From the human T2T-CHM13v2.0 reference genome, Homo sapiens: a stretch of 64,000 bases of DNA. Positions 27,973 to 42,300 of the stretch are shown here, in pieces. Position 1 is the stretch's first letter, and every line of letters begins with the position of its first letter. The translations under genes were made by a program, and so were the position numbers. Location: the NCBI RefSeq assembly GCF_009914755.1, contig NC_060936.1. One strand, given 5' to 3'. The notes under the pieces are model-generated. The model ran no database searches, was not told where the DNA came from, and saw nothing but the letters and a program-made list of their open reading frames with translations.

Positions 27973-30900
27973 TCCCCCAAGATCTGTGCGCATCCAGAAC
28001 ACATAATCTTGGGTACACAAGACACTTCATTCTGAGCAGGAATGTCTGACTCCAAGGCAGGTGCCACTGCTGTTCCTTGAAAGTGATAGAATGCTTTGTT
28101 GGTTGGTACTACAGTTGGGATTAATACCCAGGGCTATGAGGCCGTATCACTGTGCCAGTCAAAGTGTGGTCCACACACTCAAGACAGCCCATGCACTGCT
28201 TGTCACACATTGGAGAGAAATTGGTACAGAAGGCCAGAGGAGGCACCAGAGCAATTTGATGGTGTTGGTAATTGACACTGGCTTTAGTCATGAACTTGTA
28301 TTTTGCATATCTTTGTGTTTTCTCATTTCACTTTTTTCCCTAGAAATTTATCTTTGTTGTATTTTATAAAAGTAGCAGTTTGTAGCATATGGGAAGTAAA
28401 TAACAACAAAGTTGGTATTTCCACTGACAGTGTGGGAAGCACTGCTTTAGAGCAGCATCATCTGTCCAGAAACTTGAGCATCCTACAGTCATCCTTGAGA
28501 CAGTGTCAAGAGAAGAAAATCACCTGTGAATCCTAGGACGGTAAAAGAGGATTGTGTGGATTGTTCTATCACAAGGACAGCATGGAAAGACCCACCCCCA
28601 TAATTCATCACCTCCCACTGGGTTCCTCCCCCGACATGTGGGAATTATGCTAGTATAGCAGTGGAAAAATATATGTTTGTTACTTTTATTTGGAGTTGCA
28701 CCAAAGTTTTTGGTTCCTAAGATCAACAGATGACTCTAATCCTTTAAAAGTTGAGAAACCCATGTTGTTAGGCATGGGGGCATGAGTTAGCAGTTCTTCC
28801 ATGCTTTCTCGGTAGATAAGAAGTTGCAGGCTTCTATTATTAGATCCACAATCTAATGTTTTGGTTACACTATATAGCTACAGCATGCAAACCTCATAAT
28901 TGTGAGTCAGGCACTTCCCATATGAGGGAATCACTTGTGGTACCCAGCGTTGGCAGCAACAAATGGAGACTGAGAAAGTTGAATCAATAGCACAGATGCT
29001 CAGATCTGGAAAGAAGCAAAGCTAGAATCAAGTGTGGTGCTCAGAGCCCTGATACTTTCCACCCTCTGACCTAAGCATGGTGAGATAACGTTCTAGTCTG
29101 GGTATAATGAGCTCACGGGTGCCCTACTATTTTTCTTTAATCAGGCACTGTCTCAAATTTTAAGTAAGAAGCACGAGAAACTAAACCATTCCAACATTCC
29201 ACAACCAGGGCACCAAAGTTATGGTAGCTAGAAAAAGCAATCTTTTAAACTCTATTGTATGACACTAGTCATCTTTTTATTTTTTGAAAAAATGACAAAA
29301 TGTAGCTCAAAGATCCAGTACTTCAGACACTCACATTCATCTTGAGCAGCAAGAAAATATTTTCTCAAACGCGAGCCTGTCTGCGGATTAAAGGCAAACA
29401 TTTCAAAAATTATTCTGTAGCTTAAGAAAACATACTTCAACAATTACTGTTTCCTTTTCCATGTAACCAGATTCACTGTACATTACAACCTTAAAGCTAA
29501 GATCTAAGGTTTAGATCAACTCTTTAATCCTGGCTGTGGCTTTGGGTACTTCCTGCTCTTCATGAGAAGGGCTCTAGGCCTGCAGCTGCCTGTGAACAAC
29601 ATCAGGAAAAAAGAAAAGAAAGTTAAAAAAGAACTTAGCTGACTGGGAACAAGGTTCTATAGCATTGCAAAGGTTAAGCTATGGCATCTGAAAATCTGAC
29701 ACTTGAAGAATGCATAGCTTAATGACACAACTCAACCTCTGTGCCCTTTAGAGAGCTTCATGTCAAATAAAATAACTTAGAAGAGAAGTGGCAGGTAATA
29801 TCCTTCTTGTCAACTATTTAACTTAAAAAAAAAAGTTTGCATGCCAGGAACACCTAACTCTGTTTTTCTCAATTGAATCCACTTTTGTCTTAATTTGATA
29901 TACTGCTTTGTGGATTTGCCTAGCTTTGTGAATTCCTTGGTTTTCATCTATATCACCTTAGTTTGACTCTACTACAGACATTAAAATGATACAGGCATGG
30001 AGGGAAGCCCAGCAAATGGTGCTGACGCTCACACTGTACTTCGTGATGCCAGGCAGAATCTTCATGAGCGTGGATTCGTGTGTGGATGTGAATCCCGGTT
30101 CCATAACTTACCAGCCTGTGGCCTTGAGCAAGTGACTGAATCTCTCTGGGCCTTCACTGTTTCCATCTGTCAACTAGTCACAAGACTACGGACTCGGCAG
30201 ACTTGCTGTGAAAACAAAGCGAGATGGTAAATATCAAGTGATTTGCAACCTCTAGCGCCCTGATCTTACTTATTGAATTGTATTCCATAGACCCCCCCGT
30301 GCTTCATACTTCAATGTGCTGCTGCTAACTTTATTGTCACTAAGGTATGTGCTGCTGCTAACTTTATTGTCACTAAGGTAAAAAGTTACCTTAGATGTTC
30401 CTTAGAAAGGAGAGGAGGACGTGCAGTCTTACCCTCTTAGAAAAAGAAAATGCCCTGGTTCCACACATGTGGAACCTTTAGGGAGAAAGGAGACATCGGT
30501 TTCAATTACATCGGCTGAATAAAGCAGGAAATTCAAGTTCAAAGGTGTCATGAGAATTTCCCTTTCCTTTTCCTTTATTCCCCTCCCATTTTTACACCAT
30601 TTGCTCTCACCAGAAATGTTTGTTTCTGGCTTCTGGCCCAAGATCTTCTAGAGTATATTTAACACAGCATAGGAGATGCTGTGGTCTCCCGATAAAAATC
30701 GAGTGAATACCAGGATTGTGGTTGTTTCTCCATAACTCCTGACACCCGAATGCACCCCTGACCCTGTTATTTATTCCAGCTTTTCTTAAATAAAACCAGG
30801 CTGTGTCAAAATCCAGCTTGACTCAGCAGCATGCAAAGACACTGCAACCTCCAACACTTGAACCTTATCCTCAGTGGCCTGGGAACGTCTCCCACTCCTC

Positions 30901-31378
30901 TGCCTGCAGTTAGAGTTGAGTCCAAGTCTTCACACCTTGAAAATCACTCAGAGATGAAGTGTCCAGACTTTTGTAAATGTCCTGCCCCATGTATTTGAAC
31001 TAACTCCTACTGGTAAAGTTGAATAAATCAGACATTTACTCAAGTCTGCAAGTACAAATGTAACTTGAAGCAGCAACGGAAAGGCGGAATTTTCCTTGCA
31101 CCCTCTCCTTTCCTGTGTCCTCTTCCTTTGCAAGTTCGCAGACAGCTCCATCTCCCTGAGTGCCACCGACAACACCCACTAACAGCTGTCTATGCTGACA
31201 ATTCCGATCTCCCCTGGCATCTCATTCCTGTTTACACTTGCACATCAAATGTGCCTTTGGAAAATTCCCTGATTTCTTGTGTCCTGTTTTCTTTGTTCTA
31301 TTTCTATTTTGAGATGACATATAAGGGAAACAACTTATTGTAGCAACAGGGAAGTGATAGGAAAGTGAACCAAACTAT

Positions 31379-31379
<1 letters not shown>

Positions 31380-31415
<36 letters not shown>
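31380..31415. repeat. (CA)n microsatellite
   Basis: Direct reading. Confidence 0.97.
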
Positions 31416-31416
<1 letters not shown>

Positions 31417-31496
31417 GCCAGAAACAGAAAACCACAGGCTGCAAGAAAGTAAATCTCAAAGCCAAGCCTTCCCAAGTAACCACCGGCCACGGCTCA

Positions 31497-32315
<819 letters not shown>

Positions 32316-33362
32316 TTAGTTCCCACCAGAGTCGCCCCAGATGAGCATAAAATTGAAGTATAAACAGCTTCTTGATATGCACAGAGGTAACGCCACTGCC
32401 CCAAAATCCATGGCCACCCCGGTCTTATCATGAAAACTCCGGAGCTGGCACCGTTGCCCAACGCTGTGACAAATGAAACACCAAGGGAGGACAGTATTCA
32501 TGGACATTTGTTTTAATTTGTAGCATTTAATGAAGTGGGAGAGGCCAGGGAGAGGCCTTCAACCATTTCAAACTAAAAACAATCCATATCTGGAAATAGA
32601 ACTTTGCGGAGTTGGGGCTGGGGTGGGCACGTGGCATCCTGAGTATTTCGTGAACACAACACTGGTGTTGACAGGTTTGGTTGTGATTAGACTTCCTATC
32701 CCTGCTCCCCCAACCCCACCCCCATCGCAGGGCATTTAAATAACATCGTAAAAAGGCTTTGTGAATCCCTCTCTTTACCTTTCCAACAAAGCTGAGCTCA
32801 GATGATTCTCAAATCATATTTCTGTAGCTTTAACCCCCTGACCCCCAGGAGAGCTCGGCAGGCTACTATATAATAAAATTCTCACTGTGGGGAAACCGCC
32901 CAGGGCAAGTTCAGTACTATCAGGAGGGACCATGCTGTGCATAACTGTGCTCCGTTTTGATGAAATATTCATCTATATTGATATTGGAGCAATCAAATTA
33001 TGGTTGAAAAGCTCTGTAACCTCTTTGTGAGCTCAGTCTCGACATGTTAAATGTCATTCTTTCAAAGGGTCACCGTGATTTTGATTTGGTGGCTGGATTC
33101 CCGCCCTTTACAATGAAAATGAAAACACAATTAAAACCTCTGATCCCCTAAGCTGACATCAACAGCTACTGCTTGATTATCTTTTAATGGAAATAAACTG
33201 TTGTTCTTTTATTTTTATCATTTTAAAAGGAATGTATTTTCACAAAAAAAAGATACAAAATGCATTCAGTGGAAAATAAGCATGAATACTGCCACTCTCC
33301 AGAATATCCGACCTTCCAGATCTATAGATTCACTGCAATATGCATGCACATGCATGCCACAT

Positions 33363-33363
<1 letters not shown>

Positions 33364-33400
<37 letters not shown>
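33364..33400. repeat. (CA)n microsatellite
   Basis: Direct reading. Confidence 0.97.
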
Positions 33401-33402
<2 letters not shown>

Positions 33403-35329
33403 GGAGTAGTTCTAAATACGTGGAGAGACAGAATGAAATACAGGAGAGAAAAAGTAGAGGAGCCAAGAATAAGGCAGGAGACAGGAGGGGAAGGAAGGAG
33501 AGCAAATGGGAGGGCCAGAGAGGGACAGGAATGGGAGGAGAGGAGAGGGGATGAGAGGGGAGGGAAGGGGAGAGGACATATATTCTAAGAAGAGGTCATA
33601 TAATACAAGCAAGTTCACAACTAGCTTTTACCAATAACAATAAATTGTGTATTTTTTGATGCCAGTAAACATAGACCTACACATAATTTTTAGTGGCTGC
33701 AGATATTACTGCTGTACATACTGTAATTTATTCCAACATTCTCCTCCGAATGGACATTTCTGTTGTTTTCACATAGCCTGTTTTAAGGACATCTGTTTTC
33801 TATCATTTTAGCTGGAGGTTGACTCAAACACAACTGTCCCTAGAGTGCATTAATAAAAGCCAAATTTGAACAGTATTATCAGTTATCTAGCTCTCAACTG
33901 TTATCAACTCAGTTTTTAGGAATGTATTAATATTCCCTTGATTTAAATATGTCAGATCTCCTTGAGGAACAAAACGGATTGGCATAGAGAAGAAATAAAC
34001 CTAATCCAAATGAAAAGAATAATTATGAGAATGAGGCTACATTCGGGAAATATTCTAAGATCCCAAATGTAAATGTAAAAAAAAAAGTTAGATATATATC
34101 TGTAAAATTGGTATATTTGCATACATTAATAACCTTGACTTTCAAACAATGAGGTGCCTTCTTCATTATGGTATTACACTCATCAAGGGTGTATTTTTAA
34201 ACTACACCAAACCAAAAATCTAGCCATCTGTCTTTAGAACCAAAGAATACATGTCAGCCACATGAATTACTTTATATGAATCTACAAATATCATATCATT
34301 ATATTGATAGACTCAAACAGACTCATCGACTATAGAGAATTGTGTCAACATGATTGCAATGCATCAATTTACTATGCACTGAAATATATGTGTATTGATT
34401 TAGGTAGAGAAATACAAACACGTGCACAGGGTCTTTGGGCTTAATCATTTATTAATCATTTAGCTATTAAGAACATGCATTGAGGCTCCAAAGAGAACTG
34501 GACTCACAAGCTGTTGATTCTAAGTGTGTGGTGCCCTTGAACAAGTTCCTTAATCCATGCAAGTCTCAGTTTCTTCATCTGTGAAGCAAGGATGAGTGCA
34601 GCACTTAGCTCCCAGGAGTAACATTCTTAACCACTCAGCCCGGTGCCTGATACCTGCAAATATTCAGTACACATTGGTTATGATGGTGATGGCAATGATG
34701 AAAGAAGAAAGGCATCGTTTAAGCTGAAGCTAATGATGATGAACAATGCTGGACATGGAAGCAAAGTTTATAGCTGATCAATGATATCATTGGATCTGAG
34801 GGCAAGTGGGAGGCAGGAAGAGTGTTCCAGGCAGAAGGAATGGCACCTGCAGCAATCCTGATATGAGAGAGAGCTCATAGTGGGGAAAGGAGCCGAGTCC
34901 GGTTTGCTGTGGCTGGGGACAATGGAGAAAGGTAAGGAAGGTGACAGCGCCCAGGACAGGCTGAGCCTTGGGGCCCATGCGGAGATCATAGGAGGATTTT
35001 CTATCGAGTGCCAGGATCCAGTGTAGATGATCTACATGAGCTAAAGTAAAACAGATATTGGAATGAAACACCATCGTTTTGGATGGAACAATGAAAATTC
35101 ATGAAGATGTCCATTTTTCCCAAATCAACATACAGGTTTCTGACATGACCAATTACAACAGAACTTTTCTTGGAGCTTAACGGTGGTGTCACAGTAGCAT
35201 TAACAGTAACAGCTATCCTTTAAAGAGTGTCCAGGGTGCAACAGATATGGTGTTCAGCATTTCTTTAAATTTTATCTCATTTTATCTTCATAACAACCCT
35301 ATGGACAATTATTTCCATTTTTATAGTAG

Positions 35330-38020
35330 TTTTATTATATATATCATACAATTCACTCATCAAGGGTATAATTTAAGGTATAAAACAAATGACTTAGTAT
35401 ATTCAGAGTTGTGCAATCATCACCACTATTTTAGAACATTTTCATCACCCTCAAAAGGAACCACGTACACATTAAAAGTCACTTCTCATTTCAACTCAAT
35501 CTGCCTAGCCCTAAGCAATCACTAATCTAATTCCTGTCCCTATCGGTTAGCCTACTCTGGACATTTCATATCACTGGAAACTTTCAATATGTGGTTCTCT
35601 GTGACTGGCTTCTTTCACCTGGCATAATGTGTTCAAGACGCATCTGTGATGTGACATATAGCAGTCCTTCATCTTGTGTACTGCTGAATAATATTGCATT
35701 GTATGGGTCCACCACACTTTCTTCATCATCCAGTTGATGAATGTTTGGGTTGCTTCCACTTGGGTGGATTATTTATGATATTGTTATGAATATTAATGTA
35801 AACATTTTTGCTTGGATATATGTTTTTATTTCTCTTGGATATAAATCCAGGAGCAGAATTGCTGGGTCCTGTGGTATCGCTATGTTTAACCACTGAGAAA
35901 CTTCTGGACTATTTTCCAAAATAGCTGCATCATTTTACATTCCCACTAGCAGTGTACAGAAGAACCAGTTTCTCCATGTCCTCACTCACACTTGTTCTTT
36001 TTATCATAATCATGTTAATGGATATGAAGTGGTATCTCATTGTACTTTTTATTTTATTTTTCTTGATAATAATGATACTGAGCATTTTTTGGTGTGCTTA
36101 TCAGCATTTGTGTACCTTCTTTCTCTGTTCAGATCCTTCGCTCATTGGATTGTCTTTTTATTATTGAATTGTATGAATTCTTTATATCTTTTAGATGCTA
36201 TTCCGTCATCAGATTATTTATAAGTATTTTCTCCCATTCTTTCACTTTCTTGTTTAAGCACACAATTTTTAATGTTGATGAACTTCAATTTATCTTTTTT
36301 TATTTTGTTTGTGTTTTTATTGTCATATCTAGAAAATCATTTCTTAATCCAAGGTCAGGAAGATACAATCCTATGTTTTCTTCTAAGAGTTTTATAGTTT
36401 CAGCTCTTGCTTCTAGGTTTTGATCTATTTTGAGTGAATTTTTGTATGCGGTGTGAGGTAGACGTTCAACTGCATCCTTTTGCATGTGGATATTCAGTTT
36501 TTCCATCATTGTTTGTTGAAAAACCTATTCTTTCCCCACTAAATGGTCTTGGCACACTTGTCAAAAGTTATTTGACTGTGAATGTGAGAATTAACTGTTG
36601 AATCTTCAATTAAATTTTATTGATCTATATCTATCCTAATGGCAGAACTACAATGTTTTGGTTATTGTTGCTTTGTGGTAAATTTTGAAATTGAGAATTA
36701 TGAACCTGCCAACTTGATCTACTTTTTAAAAATTGTTTTGGCTCTTCTTGATCTCTTGCATTTTCTTATAAATTTTAGAATCAGCTTGTCAGTTTATGCC
36801 AAGAGGCCAGCTTGTATTTCAACAGAGATTTATTGAATGTGTAGGTCAATTTCAGATATTTCCATTTTAACTATAGTAAGCCTCTGACTCATGAATATTG
36901 AATATCCTTCCATTTCTTTAGGTCTTCCTTAATTTCTTTCAACCATATTTCTTCATTTTCAGAGTATAAGTTTTGTGGTTCATTTGGTAAATTTATTCCT
37001 AATTATTTTATGCTTTCTAATGTGCTCATAAACAAAATTGTGTTCTTAATTTCATTTCTGATTTGTTCATTACTAGTGTTTAGAAGAAGTATAGTTGATT
37101 TTCGGAACTGATGTTGTATACTGTGTGATGAACTTGTTTCTAGTTCTAATAGATTTTTACTGTAATTTTGAGGATTTTCCATATATATCACATTATCTGC
37201 AAGCAGAAATAGTTTTACTACTGTCTTTCCAATCTGGATGCCTTTTGTTCAACTTTCTTGCCTAATTAGCCTGGCTAGAACCTCTAGGACATTGTTGAAT
37301 AGGAATGGTGAGAGCAGACAACTTTCTCTTCTTCTAGATCTTAAGAAGAGAACATTCAGTCTTTTGCCACTGAGTATGATATTAGCTGTGGATTTTTTTT
37401 ATAGATTTCCTTTTTGAGATTGAAGAAGTTCCCTTCCAATGCTAGTTTGTTGAGTGTTTTTTATCATGAAAGAATGTTGAATTTTGTCAAATACTTTTTC
37501 TTCATAGAAATGACCATGTGATTTGGGTACTTTAATCTATTCATACAATGTATTACATTAGTCGATTTGTAGATGTTAAATCAACCTTTCATTCCTTGGA
37601 TAAATTCCACTTGGTCATGGTGTGTGATCTTTTTTATATGTTTCTGAATTCAGCTTGCTAATATTTTGTTGAGGATTTTTGCACCTGTATTCATAGGAAT
37701 ATTGGTCTACAGTTTTCTTGTAAAATATTTGACTGGTTTTACTGTCATGGTAATACTAGCCTCATTAAAAAACTTGGGAAATAGTCCTTCCTATTCTTTT
37801 TTTGGTAAACATTTGTGAAAGTTTATGTTAATTCTCTTTTTAATTTGTAGTTATATTTACAAGTGAAGCCATCTGGACCTGAGTTTTTTTCTTGTAGGTA
37901 GTTTTTAAATTATTAACTCAAAGTTTTTACTTGTTATAAGTCTACCCAATTTTCTATTTCTTCTTGAATCAGTTTTAGTAGTTCTTGTCTTTCTATGAAT
38001 TTGTTCATTTTATCTAATTT
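35330..38020 (-). mobile_element. L1M (L1MB/MC-like) fragment of about 2.7 kb
   Basis: Reverse 3' UTR then ORF2; ORFs 36300-36509 and 37003-37191 are decayed ORF2 peptides (e.g. TIKLLEENIG). Confidence 0.88.
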
Positions 38021-39068
38021 AGCTAGTATTATTTTCATTTTATAAATGAAAAAACTTAGGCTTACACAGATAAGAAACTTTCCCCAGGAATAAAGCTAAT
38101 AAACAGTCCTATCTTATGCCAATCTCAAACTCAGGTCTGTTTGAATCCAATATGTGCAGCTTTACCCACTTGATGAAATAATTCTATGTCTTATCTAGAA
38201 GAAAGAACAACAATATAAATCAATATTCTGGAAAGAAAAATTTTTAAAGTGGATGACAAGTTCTATCAGATATTAAAACACATTATAAAACAATAATAAT
38301 TAAAACAGTGTAGCACTGACACAAAGCTAGATAGACAGTTCATTACAAGAGAATCAATAACTGGAAAATAAATACACACACACACACGTACATATCAACA
38401 TATGATTGGAGTGCTTGTCGCAGTATTGTCCATGGCCCAACCAACATCCAATATCCTCTTCCTCCTTCCTAGGAGAACCTGACTTTATTCAATCCATTTC
38501 CCATTCAACCATGGACCTGAGGCTGGCCCTCACTGGTTTTAGGAATATGTCACTCCCTTGCTAGTGATTAGCTCATACAAAGATACAATACACATTTCTG
38601 GCCATTGAGACATGAGAAGAGGCTTGCTACTATTCCCAGAATCACTGGCTTTCTAAGACTGTTTACTGTTTAGTAGAGATGGGGTTTCTCTCATCTCAAG
38701 TCTTCTTTTAACTATCTTCCTGGAAATTCTTTTATCTATTAGCCTATGTAAAACACACCCTGCAATGGCTTTCTGAGAAAGGGAAGTAAGTGATTAATTA
38801 CTTGCATGTTTCAAAATGTCTTTATTCTACCCTGGGCTTGATTGATGAATGGGGTTTGGTAGGGCAATCTATGGTGGAAATCATTTCCCTCAGGATGTGG
38901 AATATATCCTCCCCTGAATTCTAGCTTTCAGTGTTGATGTTGAGTAGTCTAATGTCATTTTGATTGGCAGTCTTTGATTGTGACCTCTTTTCTAACATGC
39001 AGTCTTCGTTTTATCCCTGATGTCACTGTCTTTTGTATCCTACAGACTATTTGAGAGGTTTAATATCA

Positions 39069-39353
<285 letters not shown>

Positions 39354-42300
39354 CATTGGCCGTTTTCTTATGCTCCTTTATGAGATGTCTGTTTATATCC
39401 TTGTCTGGCTGTCCTATTGAACTGCAAGAACTCTTTGTATATTATAGACATGAACCCTTTGTCTGTCTTCTGTGCTGCAGGTATTTGCCTCAAAACATCA
39501 TTTTTTCATGTATTTTATTCATGGTACCTGGTGCCATACAAAATTTTTAAATTTGTAAATGTGTTTATACTTTCTCTTATAATTTCTAGGTTTTCTAAGT
39601 CACAAAAACCTCCTTAATTCCTATGTTGCAATTGATACTCTCCCAACTTTTCTTCAAATGCTTATGTTGTTTATTCCTTGCATGTAAATCTTAATCCACC
39701 AAAAGTTAGATTTTGTATACAGTGGAAGCTAGAAATACAATGTGATTTTTCTCTAGATGCTATGTTAGTTGCACCAGTCCTTTATCAAAAAATCTATCTT
39801 GTTCCCACTGAATTGAAAGATGGCTTTTGCTATATCAAAGTCCCATTTATGCCAGTGTCTATTTCTTATCTCCCTATTATTCTCTTCTGGTCTATCTATT
39901 CCAGTGTTACTTCTGTATTGTTTTGAATCTGATGTTCATACTCGATAAGAAAGCTAGTGCTTATCATCTTTTTCCTTTTTTTAAATAAGTATTCTAATTT
40001 ATTTTCCATATAAATATAATTTTAAAAATCTGTCCAGTACAAAATTTAATTGGAATAGCTTTTAATTTGTAAGTTAATTTAGAAGAAATAACGTTTCAGA
40101 TAGTCGCCTTCCCAGCCAAGAACTTGATATCTCCTTCCCTTGGTTCGCATCTTGTCTTGTGTCCTTCAGTGGGATTACACATCTTGCTAAACGGTAATAT
40201 CTAGAGCTAGACAGGATGCAGTAAAACTGCTATATTGGTTAGTGGCAGTGTGGATTAGCTCCACTCTTACTGAAAAGCAATTTTACAATGTGCAAAGGGT
40301 CATGAAAATGAACATTTTGCTGAGATGGAGCACCATGCTCTGGGGAATTTGTCCTCAAGATATTTTCAAAAGAAAAAAAAAAGCACATGTGAAATATAGC
40401 ATCGATTATAATGTTGAAAATCTGGAATCAATATAAAAATCCAATCGAAAGGAGACAGTTTTTCAACATTGGGTAAATTCACTTAATAGTTAAGTCATCA
40501 AAATGGTAATTTGAAAGTTATATAACAATTAGTATATGATAAGAGGAAAAGTGGGTTATAAAATTGTATGGATAAGCTAAGACTGAAAATATGTAAAAAT
40601 ATAGGGAAAAATCACAGATAAGAATACATAAATGAAGCTTGAAGGCATTATCAGCTTTTGGAAATTATAGGTGAGCTTTTTCCTCTATTTCCCAAACTTT
40701 GTATAGTATCATTATTTGTTTTGACTATTTTAAAAGGCATAAAGTGTAACTAATCAGGATTAAATGAAAGGGCAACTGATTTTTTTTTTTTAATCCTTTT
40801 GGAATGTTTTCTCTAAAAAGCAATTGGACTGATTTTAAATATACGTGGCAACAAGGATAAACTGCTAATGATGGGTTTGCAAATACAGATCCCGCTGAAA
40901 CAGATAAAAGTAACTCACGATGAGCAGTTCCTGTGCGATCCAATACGCCGTTTCTTCGAGAACAGTCGTTCTCTTAAGTTGGTTAAATCTGTCTCTGCAA
41001 TCTTGTTTGGAGGATTGATTTGCATCTGAAACCCTCCTTGAAGTACAAAGATAAACTTCAACGCAATTAAGATTGCATTATCCAGCATTCTCATTAACGA
41101 AATTTAACATAGTACAATTTCCCCATGCACCATCGTTCATCACATGAATAACGTTTTGTGTCCATTGTGATCAATAAAGCCAAAGTAACTGTCACTTTCT
41201 CTACCTATAATGCAGGCTTATAAACCCATTCGTAGCTTGACCTGTAAAGTGTGTTGTGTACACACGACATTCTAGGAATAGTTTTGGGCACTTTATATAC
41301 CTTATCTCATTTAATTTTCATGATCCTACTGATCTCGCAGACTCAATCCAAGTTTCATCTCACACTAGAGTCTGACCTCTGCTCACCACACTGTACCTGT
41401 CATCCCAAAGTTCCGTTTTCAGTGTAAATTTCTAGGACACTTCTGATCTGCGCAGGAAGAAAACCCATACCCTGTGCAGTGATGCATCCTGTCAAACAGC
41501 TCCACATGATTTATAGCAACCAAAACTGCAGGCACTTTCCTTTAGCTCTTGGTGTTTAAAGAATTGAAGTGATGATGGGTGAAATTTCAAAGGCACCAAT
41601 AGGTGACTAATTAAATAGTAATGTAGATGAGGTTGGCATATCACATCCCAAATCAGTTCCACCTCTGCTACCGGTCGGTTCATACACTCAACAATTTCCA
41701 GAAGAAATATATTTTACACCAGTGCAAAATCCAGGGTACCTGTGTGACTAAACATGGGGAGAAATGGAAATCTATATCAACAATTTTAATTCTATGTATG
41801 TGATTTCAGTATTACCAATTGAGGCAATATGAGTCTTAATCTGATAATTTTTCAAAGTAATCTCTTATGTGAATTATCTGCATGCTGCAGATACTGAAAC
41901 TTTGTGATTATTTCTACTAACAGTTAAAGTAATTTGGACAAGGTAGAGTTTGGCTTTGTACAGATTAGAGGCCGATGAGTGATGGATGGATAAATACAAC
42001 AGAATTGCTCATTTTAAGGCATTTGTTTACCGCAAAACAGTCACCCCTGAAGTTCACCAAGGTAAACTGCATATTTGCCCAAACTGAATGTGTCCCCAAC
42101 TGAATTCCGAATTTCATTTCTGCTTCGAAACACATTACTCTGAAAACATAACTTGGCAGTGTTTCTCAAAGTTTGATCTTGACCAACTGATATCAGAATC
42201 AACCGGAGAGCCTCTTAAACATTCAGATGGCTGTCTCTGGGGACTGGTTCAGTTGTTTGGGCTTGGGTCCAGAGATCCTCATATTTAATTAGCTCCCGGG

